A DNA stretch of 64,000 nt from Nitrosopumilales archaeon (GCA_044507735.1 JBIQJB010000009.1:8746-72745); one strand, 5' to 3'. Shown: positions 20,280-32,334, numbered from the stretch's first letter. Program-made: numbers and translations. Notes: generated by a model not told the origin, from the sequence alone.

Positions 20280-20428
20280 ATGGGTATGGGAACCAGAGAA
20301 ACTCTGCACGTCGTTTATGGGTGGGATGAATCTCTCTCTCTCTCGTCGTGAATAAATCTCATGTACGTAATAACTTACCTTGTTTCGAGGAAGCAATAGG
20401 CCCACGAATTTGTTCGTGGGTAGTTTAC
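20280..20428 (+). mobile_element. IS200/IS605-type right-end remnant (non-autonomous)
   Basis: Perfect hairpin CCCACGAA-TTTG-TTCGTGGG (20401-20420) followed by TAGTTTAC; left boundary approximate. Confidence 0.5.
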
Positions 20429-20465
20429 AAAAGCGCTATATAGCACCGCTCCACGACTCTGGACG

Positions 20466-20915
20466 TTGACTAGCAAGATCTTTTATGTCGCGCTGGCTGC
20501 CGGAATCGCATTCATAATCATAGGCGCAGCGTCAGGCATCTATACCAATACTGCAGTGGATGTTCCGCTCGACAATACTGTCAGGCCAGGAGCATCAGAT
20601 ATCATTACACCCCTGATGGATACGGGCAATACGGCCAGCATAACGGTGTCCGGCTCTATCTTTGACATTACAATTCAAGAGCCTGACGGGCAGGTGGTGG
20701 TATCAGAAACCAATGCCACTTCCTTTAGCTACGACCTGACTGCTCAAAAGTCTGGCGAATACAGGATAGTGATCGACAATAATGGGGGCGAAGATCTGAC
20801 AGTCAGCGGCCGTGCACAGACCAAGTCAGGTACGTTTGGGTTCGCGGGTGCACTGATGCTTGTGACAACAGGGGTAATCGTGATCGGGCTGGGTATGCGC
20901 TTCAGGAACCACTAG
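20466..20915 (+). CDS. membrane protein with a GOLD-like beta domain
   Basis: Two terminal TMs and FSYDLTAQKSGEYRIVIDN. Confidence 0.7.
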   Translation: MTSKIFYVALAAGIAFIIIGAASGIYTNTAVDVPLDNTVRPGASDIITPLMDTGNTASITVSGSIFDITIQEPDGQVVVSETNATSFSYDLTAQKSGEYRIVIDNNGGEDLTVSGRAQTKSGTFGFAGALMLVTTGVIVIGLGMRFRNH

Positions 20916-21610
20916 TCCAGATCCTGCAGCAACCTGTGGATGCCTGAATCCTTCATCCTGCTCTTCATGCTGGTTATTATCTCTCTCAGGTCGGACTCTT
21001 TCTCGTCCAGGATATCTGACAGCTCTGCCAGTGACTTGGGCGATTCTTTTACTATTGTGTAGAGTACCTTCCTTTCTTCGCCTTCAAAGTTGTCGGCACC
21101 TATTTCATGCAGCCTGTGGAGGATTTGTTGTCTGAGCGCTCTGAGGTCCGCGAGCCGGGATTCAAACAGCGCGATCTCTTCATCGATGGCTGCCATGCTT
21201 TGCTGCAGATAGGCAAGTGCGCGCCCCGTGTCTTCCGGAATAGAGTCAAGCTTTTTGTAGTATTTTTTCATCGACTCCTTGTGTCGGATCTCTTGGATCT
21301 TTTGACTGGATATAGTAAAGTCATCCTCTGATAGTGCGATGGTAAGCACAAATGATGAGTTGAGCCTGTAATACTTCCTGTTGGGCGCGCCAAGATCGCT
21401 TTTTTCAGCGTAAGTCTCAACAAGACCGCTCTCCTCAAGCGCTTCCAGATGGCGGAGTATTGCCTGCTGGCCGATGTCTATCTCTCTTGCCAGCTGGTTG
21501 AAATACATCGGCTCACGGGCCAGCACGCTCAGTATTCTGCGCCTGGTGTCGTTCCCCAGAATATCTAAAATAACATCAGATTCCAGTTGATCCCTCTCCA
21601 ATCGGATCAT
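20912..21610 (-). CDS. ArsR-family HTH regulator with coiled coil (Phr/HSR-like heat-shock regulator candidate)
   Basis: ILGNDTRRRIL, QQAILRHLEALE and GAPNRKYY; directly downstream of the thermosome gene. Confidence 0.85.
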   Translation of the reverse strand: MIRLERDQLESDVILDILGNDTRRRILSVLAREPMYFNQLAREIDIGQQAILRHLEALEESGLVETYAEKSDLGAPNRKYYRLNSSFVLTIALSEDDFTISSQKIQEIRHKESMKKYYKKLDSIPEDTGRALAYLQQSMAAIDEEIALFESRLADLRALRQQILHRLHEIGADNFEGEERKVLYTIVKESPKSLAELSDILDEKESDLREIITSMKSRMKDSGIHRLLQDLD

Positions 21611-21665
21611 CACCTGACAAAAATAAAAAGAAATTGGTGGACATCCTTTTTTCTTGTTGTTGTTG

Positions 21666-23324
21666 TTACATGTCCATGTCGCCCATGCCGCCACCGCCAC
21701 CCATGCCGCCGGCACCACCACCGGGCTTGGGCATGTCCTTGGGCTTTGATGCGGCAATGACGTCGTCAATTCTCAGGATCATGCATGCTGCCTCAGTCGC
21801 AGCATTTATGACCTGCTCCTTGACGGCAAGGGGCTCATAGATGTCCTTTGCGGCCAGGTCAGCCACCTTGCCGTTTATGACGTCTATGCCATATCGGGCC
21901 TTTCCCCCGGTGCTGCTGCTCTTTGAGCGAAGCTGCACCTGAGTGTCAAGCGGGTCCATGCCTGCGTTCTCTGCAAGGACTATTGGGATGGTCTCGATGC
22001 CGTCTGCGAACTTTTCGGCAGCCAGCTGCTCTCTTCCAGACAATGTGGCAGCCCACTCTCTCAGCTTGAGCGATGCCAGAGCTTCCGGAGCTCCACCACC
22101 CACCAGGATGTGCGGGTATTCAACCACGTCCTTGACTGCCATGATTGCGTCATGTACCGACCTTTCAGCCTCGTCGACAACCCTCTGAGAGCCTCCTCTT
22201 ACCAAGATAGAGACGGACTTGGGGTTCTTGCATTCCTCAACAAAGACCCACTTGTCAGTTTCCACCTTGCGCTCCTCTACAAGCTTGGCAAAGCCAAGGT
22301 CGCTTGCGGAGAGCTCGTCAAGGTTGTTGACAATCCTGGCGCCGGTTGCCCTTGATAGCTTGTACATGTCGCTCTCCTTTATCCTGCGTACAGCAAGGAT
22401 GCCGGCCTTGGCAAGGTAGTGCTGCGCAATGTCGTCTATTCCCTTCTGGCATAGGAGGACGTTTGCGCCTGCTGCTACAATTTTATCAACCATTTCTTTC
22501 AACATGCGATTTTCTTCGTCCAGGAATTGTTGCATTTGGTGAGGGTCTGAAATCCTGATCTCTGCGCTCATTTCTGTCTTTTCGATCTCAAGTGGGCTGT
22601 TGACGACAGCGATCTTGGCATTTTCAATCCTTTTTGGCATGCCGCCGTGCACGACTTCCTTGTCAAGGACGACTCCGTGGATGAACTTGGTGTCACTTAT
22701 GCTTCCGCCAGCCTTCTTCTCCACTTTTATGTCATCAATGTCTACCCTGTATTTGTCACCTGATTTCTCCGCGACAGCCAGGACCGCATCGACTACCATA
22801 TCAGACAGTTCTTTGGAATCCGCTGCGACCATCTTTGATGCCATGGATGTCCTTGCGATCTTGGTCAGAAACGTCTTGTCTGTCGGGTCGACTTTGGTGG
22901 CGATTTCGCGCAACGTCTCGATTGCCTTCTCAGACGCCCTCTTGAATCCATCCACAACTATGGTCGGGTGGACGTTCTTTGTTATCAGCTCCTCCGCCTT
23001 TTCAAGCAGCGAGCCGGCAAGCACTACAGTAGAAGTGGTGCCATCACCAACTTCATTGTCGGTAGCCTTGCTTATCTCCACCATCATCTTTGCGGCTGGA
23101 TGCTGCACGTCGATCTCTTTCAAAATGGTGGCGCCGTCGTTTGTTATGGTAACGTCGCCAAGAGTGTCAACGAGCATCTTGTCCATCCCTCTTGGTCCCA
23201 GCGATGTCCTGACTATTTCAGCGATTGCCTTTGCTGCTGTGATGTTGTTTCTCTGAGCTTGGTTGCCTTTTGTTTCAGTGGTACCCTCTTTCAGAAGAAC
23301 AATTGGAACTTGTTGCGCTGACAT
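21666..23324 (-). CDS. ths: thermosome (group II chaperonin) subunit
   Basis: LGPRGMDKM, TNDGATIL, GDGTT and a GGM tail. Confidence 0.98.
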   Translation of the reverse strand: MSAQQVPIVLLKEGTTETKGNQAQRNNITAAKAIAEIVRTSLGPRGMDKMLVDTLGDVTITNDGATILKEIDVQHPAAKMMVEISKATDNEVGDGTTSTVVLAGSLLEKAEELITKNVHPTIVVDGFKRASEKAIETLREIATKVDPTDKTFLTKIARTSMASKMVAADSKELSDMVVDAVLAVAEKSGDKYRVDIDDIKVEKKAGGSISDTKFIHGVVLDKEVVHGGMPKRIENAKIAVVNSPLEIEKTEMSAEIRISDPHQMQQFLDEENRMLKEMVDKIVAAGANVLLCQKGIDDIAQHYLAKAGILAVRRIKESDMYKLSRATGARIVNNLDELSASDLGFAKLVEERKVETDKWVFVEECKNPKSVSILVRGGSQRVVDEAERSVHDAIMAVKDVVEYPHILVGGGAPEALASLKLREWAATLSGREQLAAEKFADGIETIPIVLAENAGMDPLDTQVQLRSKSSSTGGKARYGIDVINGKVADLAAKDIYEPLAVKEQVINAATEAACMILRIDDVIAASKPKDMPKPGGGAGGMGGGGGMGDMDM

Positions 23325-23370
23325 AGATTGTTCACCTATGTTAGTAACATTGCGTGTGTAACAGGATTAT

Positions 23371-23622
23371 TTATGTGTTATTTTGTATTCTTTCCCTGCC
23401 CCTGACGGTCAGGACATAGCCTGAATCAGTCATCCTGACCAGACCCTTGCCCTGTAACGTGAGCAGCCACATTCTCATGCTGAATTCGTCCTTCAATCCA
23501 ATTGCATGCAAAACATTCTTCAGCATTCCTCTGTCAGCTAGATTCGATTCGCCAATTATCCTTAGGATCCTCCTTTCCAGTTGATCTCTAGTTGAATAAT
23601 TGCGACTCCTCGAGATGATCAG
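23371..23622 (-). CDS. 83-aa winged-helix protein with a probable CTG start, absent from the ORF track
   Basis: ...DQLERRILRIIGE..DRGMLKNVL...LTLQGKGLVRMTDSGYVLTVRGRE; SD GAGGTGA 7 nt upstream of CTG. Confidence 0.7.
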   Translation of the reverse strand: MIISRSRNYSTRDQLERRILRIIGESNLADRGMLKNVLHAIGLKDEFSMRMWLLTLQGKGLVRMTDSGYVLTVRGRERIQNNT

Positions 23623-23710
23623 AATTATATCACCTCAAAGCGCGTAATGTATTCTCCGAAGGGCTATTTAACATTGCTCACAGCATTTGTGTAAGTAATA
23701 AATCCCGTGG

Positions 23711-23920
23711 ATGACTATTCAGCTGTACCGGGTGACGATAAATTTGGCTGCGATATGTATAGGCGATAGAATCCGTTGCGATGATGGGGTGGAGGGAGTG
23801 GTAACAGATCTGCACAAGTATGGAAATGAGCGGCACATAGTAATCAAAACTGCTAGTGGAGAAGAAAGGGATCTAAAGCTTTCCGACTACTGCCGGAAAT
23901 GGGTGCATTTATTTCCATAA
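23711..23920 (+). CDS. small SH3/KOW-like hypothetical protein
   Basis: IGDRIRCDDGVEGVVTDL beta-barrel pattern. Confidence 0.6.
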   Translation: MTIQLYRVTINLAAICIGDRIRCDDGVEGVVTDLHKYGNERHIVIKTASGEERDLKLSDYCRKWVHLFP

Positions 23921-24127
23921 TTCTCTTTCCGGAAAAAATAAATTTCAGTGAAGCTAATATTTTAGCGCGGCCTTGGAGAGTCTCCTGACGCTCCGCTTCG
24001 GCGTATGCACTGTTGTCGGCTGCTCAGGTCTTTATCAACCAATTTCTACTCTCTGGGGCCGTTTTGAGAATGGATAAAGAATTCGCTGCTGCTCCCAGTT
24101 GCCAGCCTCTTCCGTGCAACTTTCTTC

Positions 24128-24286
24128 CTATCTTGCCTGGACATACTGCACGATGATGCTGTGTACGTGTGGAGAATCTTTCTCCCTCGAACATGTATTG
24201 CATAGCCACCGTATCGGTTCGCTGCACTCTTCGCATGATTCTAGAACTGCAAGTTCAGATCCACATGATCTGCATAGCTTTTCCAT
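24128..24286 (-). CDS. 52-aa triple-CxxC + HxH Zn-binding micro-protein, absent from the ORF track
   Basis: MEKLCRSCGSELAVLESCEECSEPIRWLCNTCSREKDSPHVHSIIVQYVQAR. Confidence 0.75.
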   Translation of the reverse strand: MEKLCRSCGSELAVLESCEECSEPIRWLCNTCSREKDSPHVHSIIVQYVQAR

Positions 24287-24817
24287 TTGTAATTCCTCCA
24301 GATGGTCACAGAATGTGTGTGACCGCGTATTTAATTCTTATTTTGCAAGCTTGATTGCTTTTATGAGTCCCTGAATTGCCAAAGGCGCCCTGTAAGATCA
24401 AGAGCTTTGTTTCTTCACGACCTAGGCTAATGTCGAGCCATGTTGGACAAAAAGAGTGGGTGGAAAATCGCTCTCCAGAATATGGCTGTTGTGTCCATGG
24501 TTAGATGATGAAAGAGTCATCTGTTGCCAATGAGATACTTGCAACAAGGACTACTATAGAGCCATCATTCAGGATACTGGAAATGTTGATTCTGGCAGAA
24601 AAAATCGCAATTGGCTGTCGCTAGTCAAGGCATCATTACGTAGAGCCACTCTTGCATCCCATGACGCTGACCGTCCGCCCTGTTGTATGCATTGGAGGGT
24701 GGCTGCTGTTGCTGCAGTTGCATTTATCCAACAAACACCCTCAGTCAATAAAGTAGAGAGTGGCACCTTTGGCGCGGACCAACTATTCTGACACCGACTT
24801 TCAGAATCTTTTTGTCG

Positions 24818-25033
24818 TCATCTTCTTTTGTTTAGCTTTAGCCTTTTCTTGATTTCTTCCTTGATTGCTCTGCGCAGTTCTTTCTTGGATTGGATTGTGC
24901 CAATCAATCCCTCGATTCCTATCTCCGGTGTCTGGTGCCATAATGGATCCTGGCTATGCCAATTTTTCAATGACTGTAGTGCCAGGCTTTTCTTCTGCAG
25001 TACAGTTGTTGTTCTCTTTCCCTCTCTTCGCAT
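24818..25033 (-). CDS. small basic hypothetical protein
   Basis: ATG after a GAGGTG SD; 71 aa, K/R-rich. Confidence 0.5.
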   Translation of the reverse strand: MRREGKRTTTVLQKKSLALQSLKNWHSQDPLWHQTPEIGIEGLIGTIQSKKELRRAIKEEIKKRLKLNKRR

Positions 25034-25551
25034 GTATATAACACCTCTAGAAGACAACTTGGCAGCAGCATGGCTGCCAGGGATGTCCGGTCTTACTAAT
25101 TCTACAATGCAAGATTTAAAGTTACTCACAACGTGTGAGTCATGAATGCTTCGCCTCTGGGCAATATTGGAGTCGGATCATCTGAAAATGTGCAAGGGTC
25201 TCAAATCTGATTCTGGGGGGCAGCCCATTGAGGAGATTGGCAGGGATTTGGCCGATGCCATGGAAACACCTGGTATGATCTCCACAAATACACATAACAT
25301 GAGAATTGGAGACTTTGGCAGGGGAAACTTTGCCACGGCTGCTGTCAAATCACTGCAGGCTGTGGCTGCGTGCGGGTCATAATGGAATTTGGAGGCATAA
25401 GGACCCGCGGAAGAGGTTGGATAGTGCTAAGCGAAACCGAAGAGCTGCCTGCTATTGGACAGAGAACTTGAAGAAAGAGAAATTGTGCTGACTACCGCAT
25501 AACAGGCTAGTGGGATCCTCTCTCCCGCACACCTCTCTGTCCAAATATGAA

Positions 25552-26379
25552 CTAGCAGAACTCTGCCTTTTTGTAAGAACCCAGGATCTTGATGTATGAT
25601 GTCTTTGGTTTTATTGACTTGAGAGCTTCTCGTACAGCCTTGTCACGAGTATGGCCTTCAAAGTCCACGTAAAAGTTGTACTCCCACGGAGTTTCTTTTG
25701 TTGGCCGGGATTCTATCTTGGTCAAGTTTATCCGGCGCATAGCAAACTCACCCACAACCCCAAACAGCGCACCGGGGATGTGCTTTACCGAAAATATTAT
25801 GGATGTTTTGTAATTGCCACCCTTTGCATTGCCCACCTTCTTCTTGGCAGACAATACTAGAAATCTGGTATAGTTGTTCTTTCTGTCTTCAATGCCTTCG
25901 TCAAGGATCTCCATGTCGTAGAGCTCGGCAGCCCTCCTGCTCGCAATGGCCGCGGAATCGAGCATCTTGTTTTCCTTTATCATCTTCACTGCGCCAGCAG
26001 TGTCGTAGGCCGGCACCGATTCAAGCTTCTTCTTTTGTAGGTAGCCCCTGCATTGCGCCAATGCTTGAGGGTGCGAGTGTACAAACCTGATCTTGGTGGC
26101 GCCCTTGTTTGCAATAAGGCAGTGTCTCACTCTCTGGTATACTTCTCCTATCACGCTCATCTTTGTCTGCAACAGCAGATCGTAGGTCTCGTTGACGCTA
26201 CCTTCAATCGAGTTCTCCACTGGCACGACGATATAGTCAACTTCGCCGTCGCTAGCGGCGTCAAAGACATCCTGAAAAGATTTTTTTGGTACAAGAGTCG
26301 CCCTGGGGAAATATTGAAGGGCCGCCATTTCCCCGAATGCACCACGTTCACCTTGAAAGGCGACCTTTGCCATGGCCAT
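25552..26379 (-). CDS. pheA: prephenate dehydratase
   Basis: PVENSIEG, SHPQALAQC, NYTRF and INLTKIESRP. Confidence 0.97.
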   Translation of the reverse strand: MAMAKVAFQGERGAFGEMAALQYFPRATLVPKKSFQDVFDAASDGEVDYIVVPVENSIEGSVNETYDLLLQTKMSVIGEVYQRVRHCLIANKGATKIRFVHSHPQALAQCRGYLQKKKLESVPAYDTAGAVKMIKENKMLDSAAIASRRAAELYDMEILDEGIEDRKNNYTRFLVLSAKKKVGNAKGGNYKTSIIFSVKHIPGALFGVVGEFAMRRINLTKIESRPTKETPWEYNFYVDFEGHTRDKAVREALKSIKPKTSYIKILGSYKKAEFC

Positions 26380-26981
26380 TACTTGCCTGCTTTTTGTATC
26401 AATCGAAATGATTCTTTGCCGTAGTCGTGCGCAAGCTTGCGATTCTCAAACGCGCCGCACTCGACACACTTGATGGTGCTTTCGTTGGTGCGCACTGTGT
26501 CTCCTCCGCACATGAAGCAAAGTGCATAGAGTAGCCCGAACTCTTTCTCTGCAAGCGTTAGGTGGATCGTCGAGTTTAGGAGGCTAATGACCCTGCCCCT
26601 TACAATGTCTCCATTGTGAAAGGTAGCGCGCCTGTCGCCCCTCCTCTCCATATCGGCACGGGTGCCAAGCTTTGCAGAAGCTATGGCCGAAAAGCCCGCG
26701 TCGGACCACTTGTCGTTGATATAGAGAATCTTGATAGAAACCATAGTGCTAAACATCATCTCAACATACCCTACAACGATGTCGCCAATCTTTGGGAGCA
26801 TCGGAGAATGCTTGGGCTCAATTTTGACAATCCTGCGCTTCAGGTCGTAAACCTTGGTTCCAATGGTTGTGGAGCGCACTGTCCCATCAGATGCTAGAAA
26901 AGTGTTCTTGCCGCCCTCAAATTCTTCAATGGAGGCAATATGTTCGCCGGGCAACATTGGCTTGTTGTCATGTTTGCTCAT
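26379..26981 (-). CDS. csl4: exosome complex RNA-binding protein Csl4
   Basis: LPGE..EEF, S1 domain and Zn ribbon CFMC...CVECG..ENRK. Confidence 0.93.
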   Translation of the reverse strand: MSKHDNKPMLPGEHIASIEEFEGGKNTFLASDGTVRSTTIGTKVYDLKRRIVKIEPKHSPMLPKIGDIVVGYVEMMFSTMVSIKILYINDKWSDAGFSAIASAKLGTRADMERRGDRRATFHNGDIVRGRVISLLNSTIHLTLAEKEFGLLYALCFMCGGDTVRTNESTIKCVECGAFENRKLAHDYGKESFRLIQKAGK

Positions 26982-27120
26982 TCAATAATTGAACTCTGAT
27001 GGAAAGTTATAACTGTTTAGAGGATAAAATTTTGGAAATTTTTTGCGTTTTGCATGTAAACCTATAGGTTTGTTGCCGGATAATCTGGGCGAAAGATAAT
27101 AAAGGTATAAAGAGCAGTAA

Positions 27121-29301
<2,181 letters not shown>

Positions 29302-29407
29302 ACTCTTTTTCCTTTTTCATTCATTTTTTGTTTGGAATTTTTCCGACACTGTGTCAAGGCAAATGTTTTTAAGCAATTGGTTTTATGTTAGACGTAACTA
29401 AAAGAAA

Positions 29408-30751
29408 TTGGTTGAAAATTCACAGGTTCAACTCGTAGAAAAACCAACTGCAGCCACTCTAAACCGCTTTGTCAAACCCGTTGACATCAACAAATTAGTT
29501 GCACAGTACGGGACACCGCTTTATTTGGTGGATGAAGACACGCTGCACGCAAAGGCCAAGGAACTACACAGCGCTTATTCAAAGTACAAGGGTCCAGTCA
29601 AGATCGCGTACTCGATCAAAGCCAACTTTACGCCGGCAGTGATCAAGACGTTCATGAAGGACGGGTTGACTTTCGACCTGACTTCTCTTGGCGAGCTCCA
29701 TTTCATCAAGCGCTGCAAGGCAGATCCAGAGAATGTCATTTACACGAGCGTGACAGAAGAGCCAGAAGAGTACATCGAAGTGCTCCAGAGCGGCGTCCGC
29801 AGAGTTGTCGTCAGCTCCTTTAACGGGATGACAAACTTGGCCAAGGCTGCAAGCAAGGTAGGCACAAAGCCGCTCACGATGATACGCGTCAACCCAGAGG
29901 TGGGCGTCAAGGCCGAGGTTCGCGCATCATATAGGAACGGCAAATTCGGAGTACCGTTTAACGGTGGCACGATCGACAGCGCAGCCAAGATTGTCAAGCA
30001 CATCATGGGCAATGACTACCTCAAGTTCGAGGGCTTCCACTTCCATCTCGGTTCTCAGATCACCGACTTTTCATGCTATACCCACGCACTCGACAAGATG
30101 GACGCATTCATGACCAAGATGAAGAAGGAAAATCCTGGCTTCCATGTCAATACGTTTGATATTGGAGGAGGAACACCTGTATTTTACAACGATCCAGTCC
30201 CGACTCCTGCACAGATGGCTGAAAATCATGTCGGCAAGCTGAACCAACTTGCAGAGACCCATGGCACATTCACTCTAATGATCGAGAGCGGTCGCTTCCT
30301 GGTGGCTGAATCGTCGATGCTGATCTCAAGAATTGTCAACACCAAGGTATACAACGAGCACAAGATCGTGATAGTTGATGCAGGATATCACATACTTCTC
30401 GACGCGGCGCTGCTCAAGCAGGAATATCCGCAGGAAGTAGTGCCAGTAGTAGACAGCAAGGACAGGACAACTGCACTTGCGCCTGTGAAAAATACTCACC
30501 TTGCGGGAAGACTGTGCGACACCTATGATGTATTCCCGCTTTCAAAGGCGTCAGACCTGACCGAGTCAGAGGTCGGCAGATACGTCTCGTTCTACAATGT
30601 TGGGGCCTACTCGGTCGTTTTCAACATGCCCTTCCACTGCCAGATCAAACCGCCGATAGTCATGAAGGACAGCGACGGCAAGTTCCGTCTGGTTAGAAAG
30701 GAAACGACGTACGAGCACCTCTTCAGAGAAGAGGGCGGCGACCTGGTCTAA
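29408..30751 (+). CDS. lysA: diaminopimelate decarboxylase (group IV PLP decarboxylase)
   Basis: YGTPLY, YSIKAN, KFG, HFHLGSQ, DIGGG, ESGR and LCDTYD. Confidence 0.85.
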   Translation: MVENSQVQLVEKPTAATLNRFVKPVDINKLVAQYGTPLYLVDEDTLHAKAKELHSAYSKYKGPVKIAYSIKANFTPAVIKTFMKDGLTFDLTSLGELHFIKRCKADPENVIYTSVTEEPEEYIEVLQSGVRRVVVSSFNGMTNLAKAASKVGTKPLTMIRVNPEVGVKAEVRASYRNGKFGVPFNGGTIDSAAKIVKHIMGNDYLKFEGFHFHLGSQITDFSCYTHALDKMDAFMTKMKKENPGFHVNTFDIGGGTPVFYNDPVPTPAQMAENHVGKLNQLAETHGTFTLMIESGRFLVAESSMLISRIVNTKVYNEHKIVIVDAGYHILLDAALLKQEYPQEVVPVVDSKDRTTALAPVKNTHLAGRLCDTYDVFPLSKASDLTESEVGRYVSFYNVGAYSVVFNMPFHCQIKPPIVMKDSDGKFRLVRKETTYEHLFREEGGDLV

Positions 30752-30829
30752 CAGCAGCAACAACAATTGCATCCGCCTTTTTTGCGGCGGGAACATTTTT
30801 TAAATCAATGACAACAGCAATACTGGAAG

Positions 30830-31117
30830 ATGAGCGACAGCAAAAAGACCCGCGCCCACATCCTTGTCAGTGGCACAGTCCAGGGCGTATATTTCAGACA
30901 AAACACAAAGGAGGTTGCGACGAAGCACAATGTTACTGGCTGGGTGCGCAACCTGCCGGACGGTCGGGTAGAGGCCATCCTTGAAGGTAATGAACCTGAT
31001 GTCAACAAAGTGATCGAGTGGTGCCATGTTGGGCCACCAAAGGCCAAGGTGGACAACGTGAGCGTAAAGTTCGACAATTACACGGGCGAGTTTGCCGACT
31101 TTGTAATAAGCTACTGA
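30830..31117 (+). CDS. acyP: acylphosphatase
   Basis: VSGTVQGVYFR and GWVRNLPDGRVE. Confidence 0.96.
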   Translation: MSDSKKTRAHILVSGTVQGVYFRQNTKEVATKHNVTGWVRNLPDGRVEAILEGNEPDVNKVIEWCHVGPPKAKVDNVSVKFDNYTGEFADFVISY

Positions 31118-31455
31118 ATTTTCTGGTACGCCTCTGCAATCTGCTTTTTTACATTCTCTACTTCTTCGGTAGTCCTGACTGTTGCCGTCGTCGGAGGAGC
31201 AGCCCTGCCGTACCTTATCGACAGTACAAGCGAGTCGCTTGCCGGCTTGATATCAAGGAAAGTGCGAAAATTCATTGTCTTTGCATAAGCAACTCTATGA
31301 GGTCTAACCTCTTCGATGACGTTGCTGCCAAGCGATCTAACGAAACCGCGGAGGTCAAGCAGTATCGTCCTTGCCGGCTCTTTCAGCCCTTCCAAGTGAC
31401 TTTCAAAAGGGATGTGGTTGTTGGGAGCGCTGGACATCATATCTTGATGGCACAT
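31111..31455 (-). CDS. hypothetical protein (DUF5655-like)
   Basis: VRSLG.NV.E...HRVAY...F and ...IAEAY pattern. Confidence 0.65.
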   Translation of the reverse strand: MCHQDMMSSAPNNHIPFESHLEGLKEPARTILLDLRGFVRSLGSNVIEEVRPHRVAYAKTMNFRTFLDIKPASDSLVLSIRYGRAAPPTTATVRTTEEVENVKKQIAEAYQKIQ

Positions 31456-31474
31456 GGGGCTATTTCAAACTATT

Positions 31475-31582
31475 CGATGATCCAACCGTCGTCACGCTTC
31501 TTGCCAGCCCGGGAGCAGGAGCTGTGCTTGCGATGATATGACCCGTGGCCGGGCCTTGAAAGCGGGCCGCGGGTGAAATTCC
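31475..31582 (+). ncRNA. candidate two-hairpin structured RNA
   Basis: GCTTCTTGC/GCAGGAGC and ACCCGTGGCC/GGCCGCGGGT stems, each with a G-U pair valid only on the + strand. Confidence 0.35.
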
Positions 31583-31840
31583 TTGCTGTCGACTCTCATA
31601 TTTCCATCTATAGTCAGGATTGTTCTATTATCTACCAGAATGGCGTACCAATTAGTAGTTGTTGCCATGGCGAGACAGCGGACGCAGCGGCACTAGCAGT
31701 GTGTCATTCATCCTGTTGCGAAAGTGGATGCGCTATGGTTTCACGCAGTGGAATGCCCCCTCGCCAAATGTGCAGACATGGATTGGTTTGGTGCCAGCGC
31801 AGCTGCAGCCAGGCGCTCTCACGTCTTGAACTGATACTGC

Positions 31841-32281
31841 TCAGCTCACAACCACCGTTCCCTTCATGCTCGGATGGATCTTACAGTAATACGGGAATTC
31901 TCCTTCTTCTTCAAAGGTAAAGCTGAACACTTCTCCGCTCCTCAATATTTTCGAGTCAAAGGTGTCGTCGTTAGAGCTTGCAGTATGTATGGTAGCGTCA
32001 CTGTTTTGCCATGTCACGGTTTCTCCGACATTGACCTCGACGGGGTTTGGATCGTACGAGTCGCTTCCCGCATCAGCTACTATTCTCACCACTGTTGTAG
32101 CATTTGCAGGAATGATGGTCGCATCGGTGCCTCGCCTGGCATTTCCAAATCCTTCAATATCTCCAAAATCCACAGTATTGTTCGCGTTGACCGACAGAAC
32201 CTGAGCGGCCACGATGGCAGCACCTATTATGAACGATCCGATCACGATTGAGATCGACAGCAACACAATTTTCCAAACCAT
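31841..32281 (-). CDS. membrane-anchored cupredoxin (plastocyanin/azurin family)
   Basis: YDPNPVEVNVGETVTW.N.D..IH and YYCKIHPSMKG type-1 Cu ligands. Confidence 0.93.
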   Translation of the reverse strand: MVWKIVLLSISIVIGSFIIGAAIVAAQVLSVNANNTVDFGDIEGFGNARRGTDATIIPANATTVVRIVADAGSDSYDPNPVEVNVGETVTWQNSDATIHTASSNDDTFDSKILRSGEVFSFTFEEEGEFPYYCKIHPSMKGTVVVS

Positions 32282-32334
32282 GGTAAGGACTAGTCTGTTT
32301 GATTTTTGTTTTAACCCTTGTTTACCTGTCCTAC

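Noticed and set aside
24099-24374. Plus-strand C2H2-like ORF (CTCGESF…H…H)
   Set aside because: It is the antisense shadow of the better-formed triple-CxxC gene at 24128-24286
31560-31590. FMN riboswitch (GGGTGAAATTCC)
   Set aside because: The remaining conserved RFN elements are missing and there is no riboflavin gene downstream
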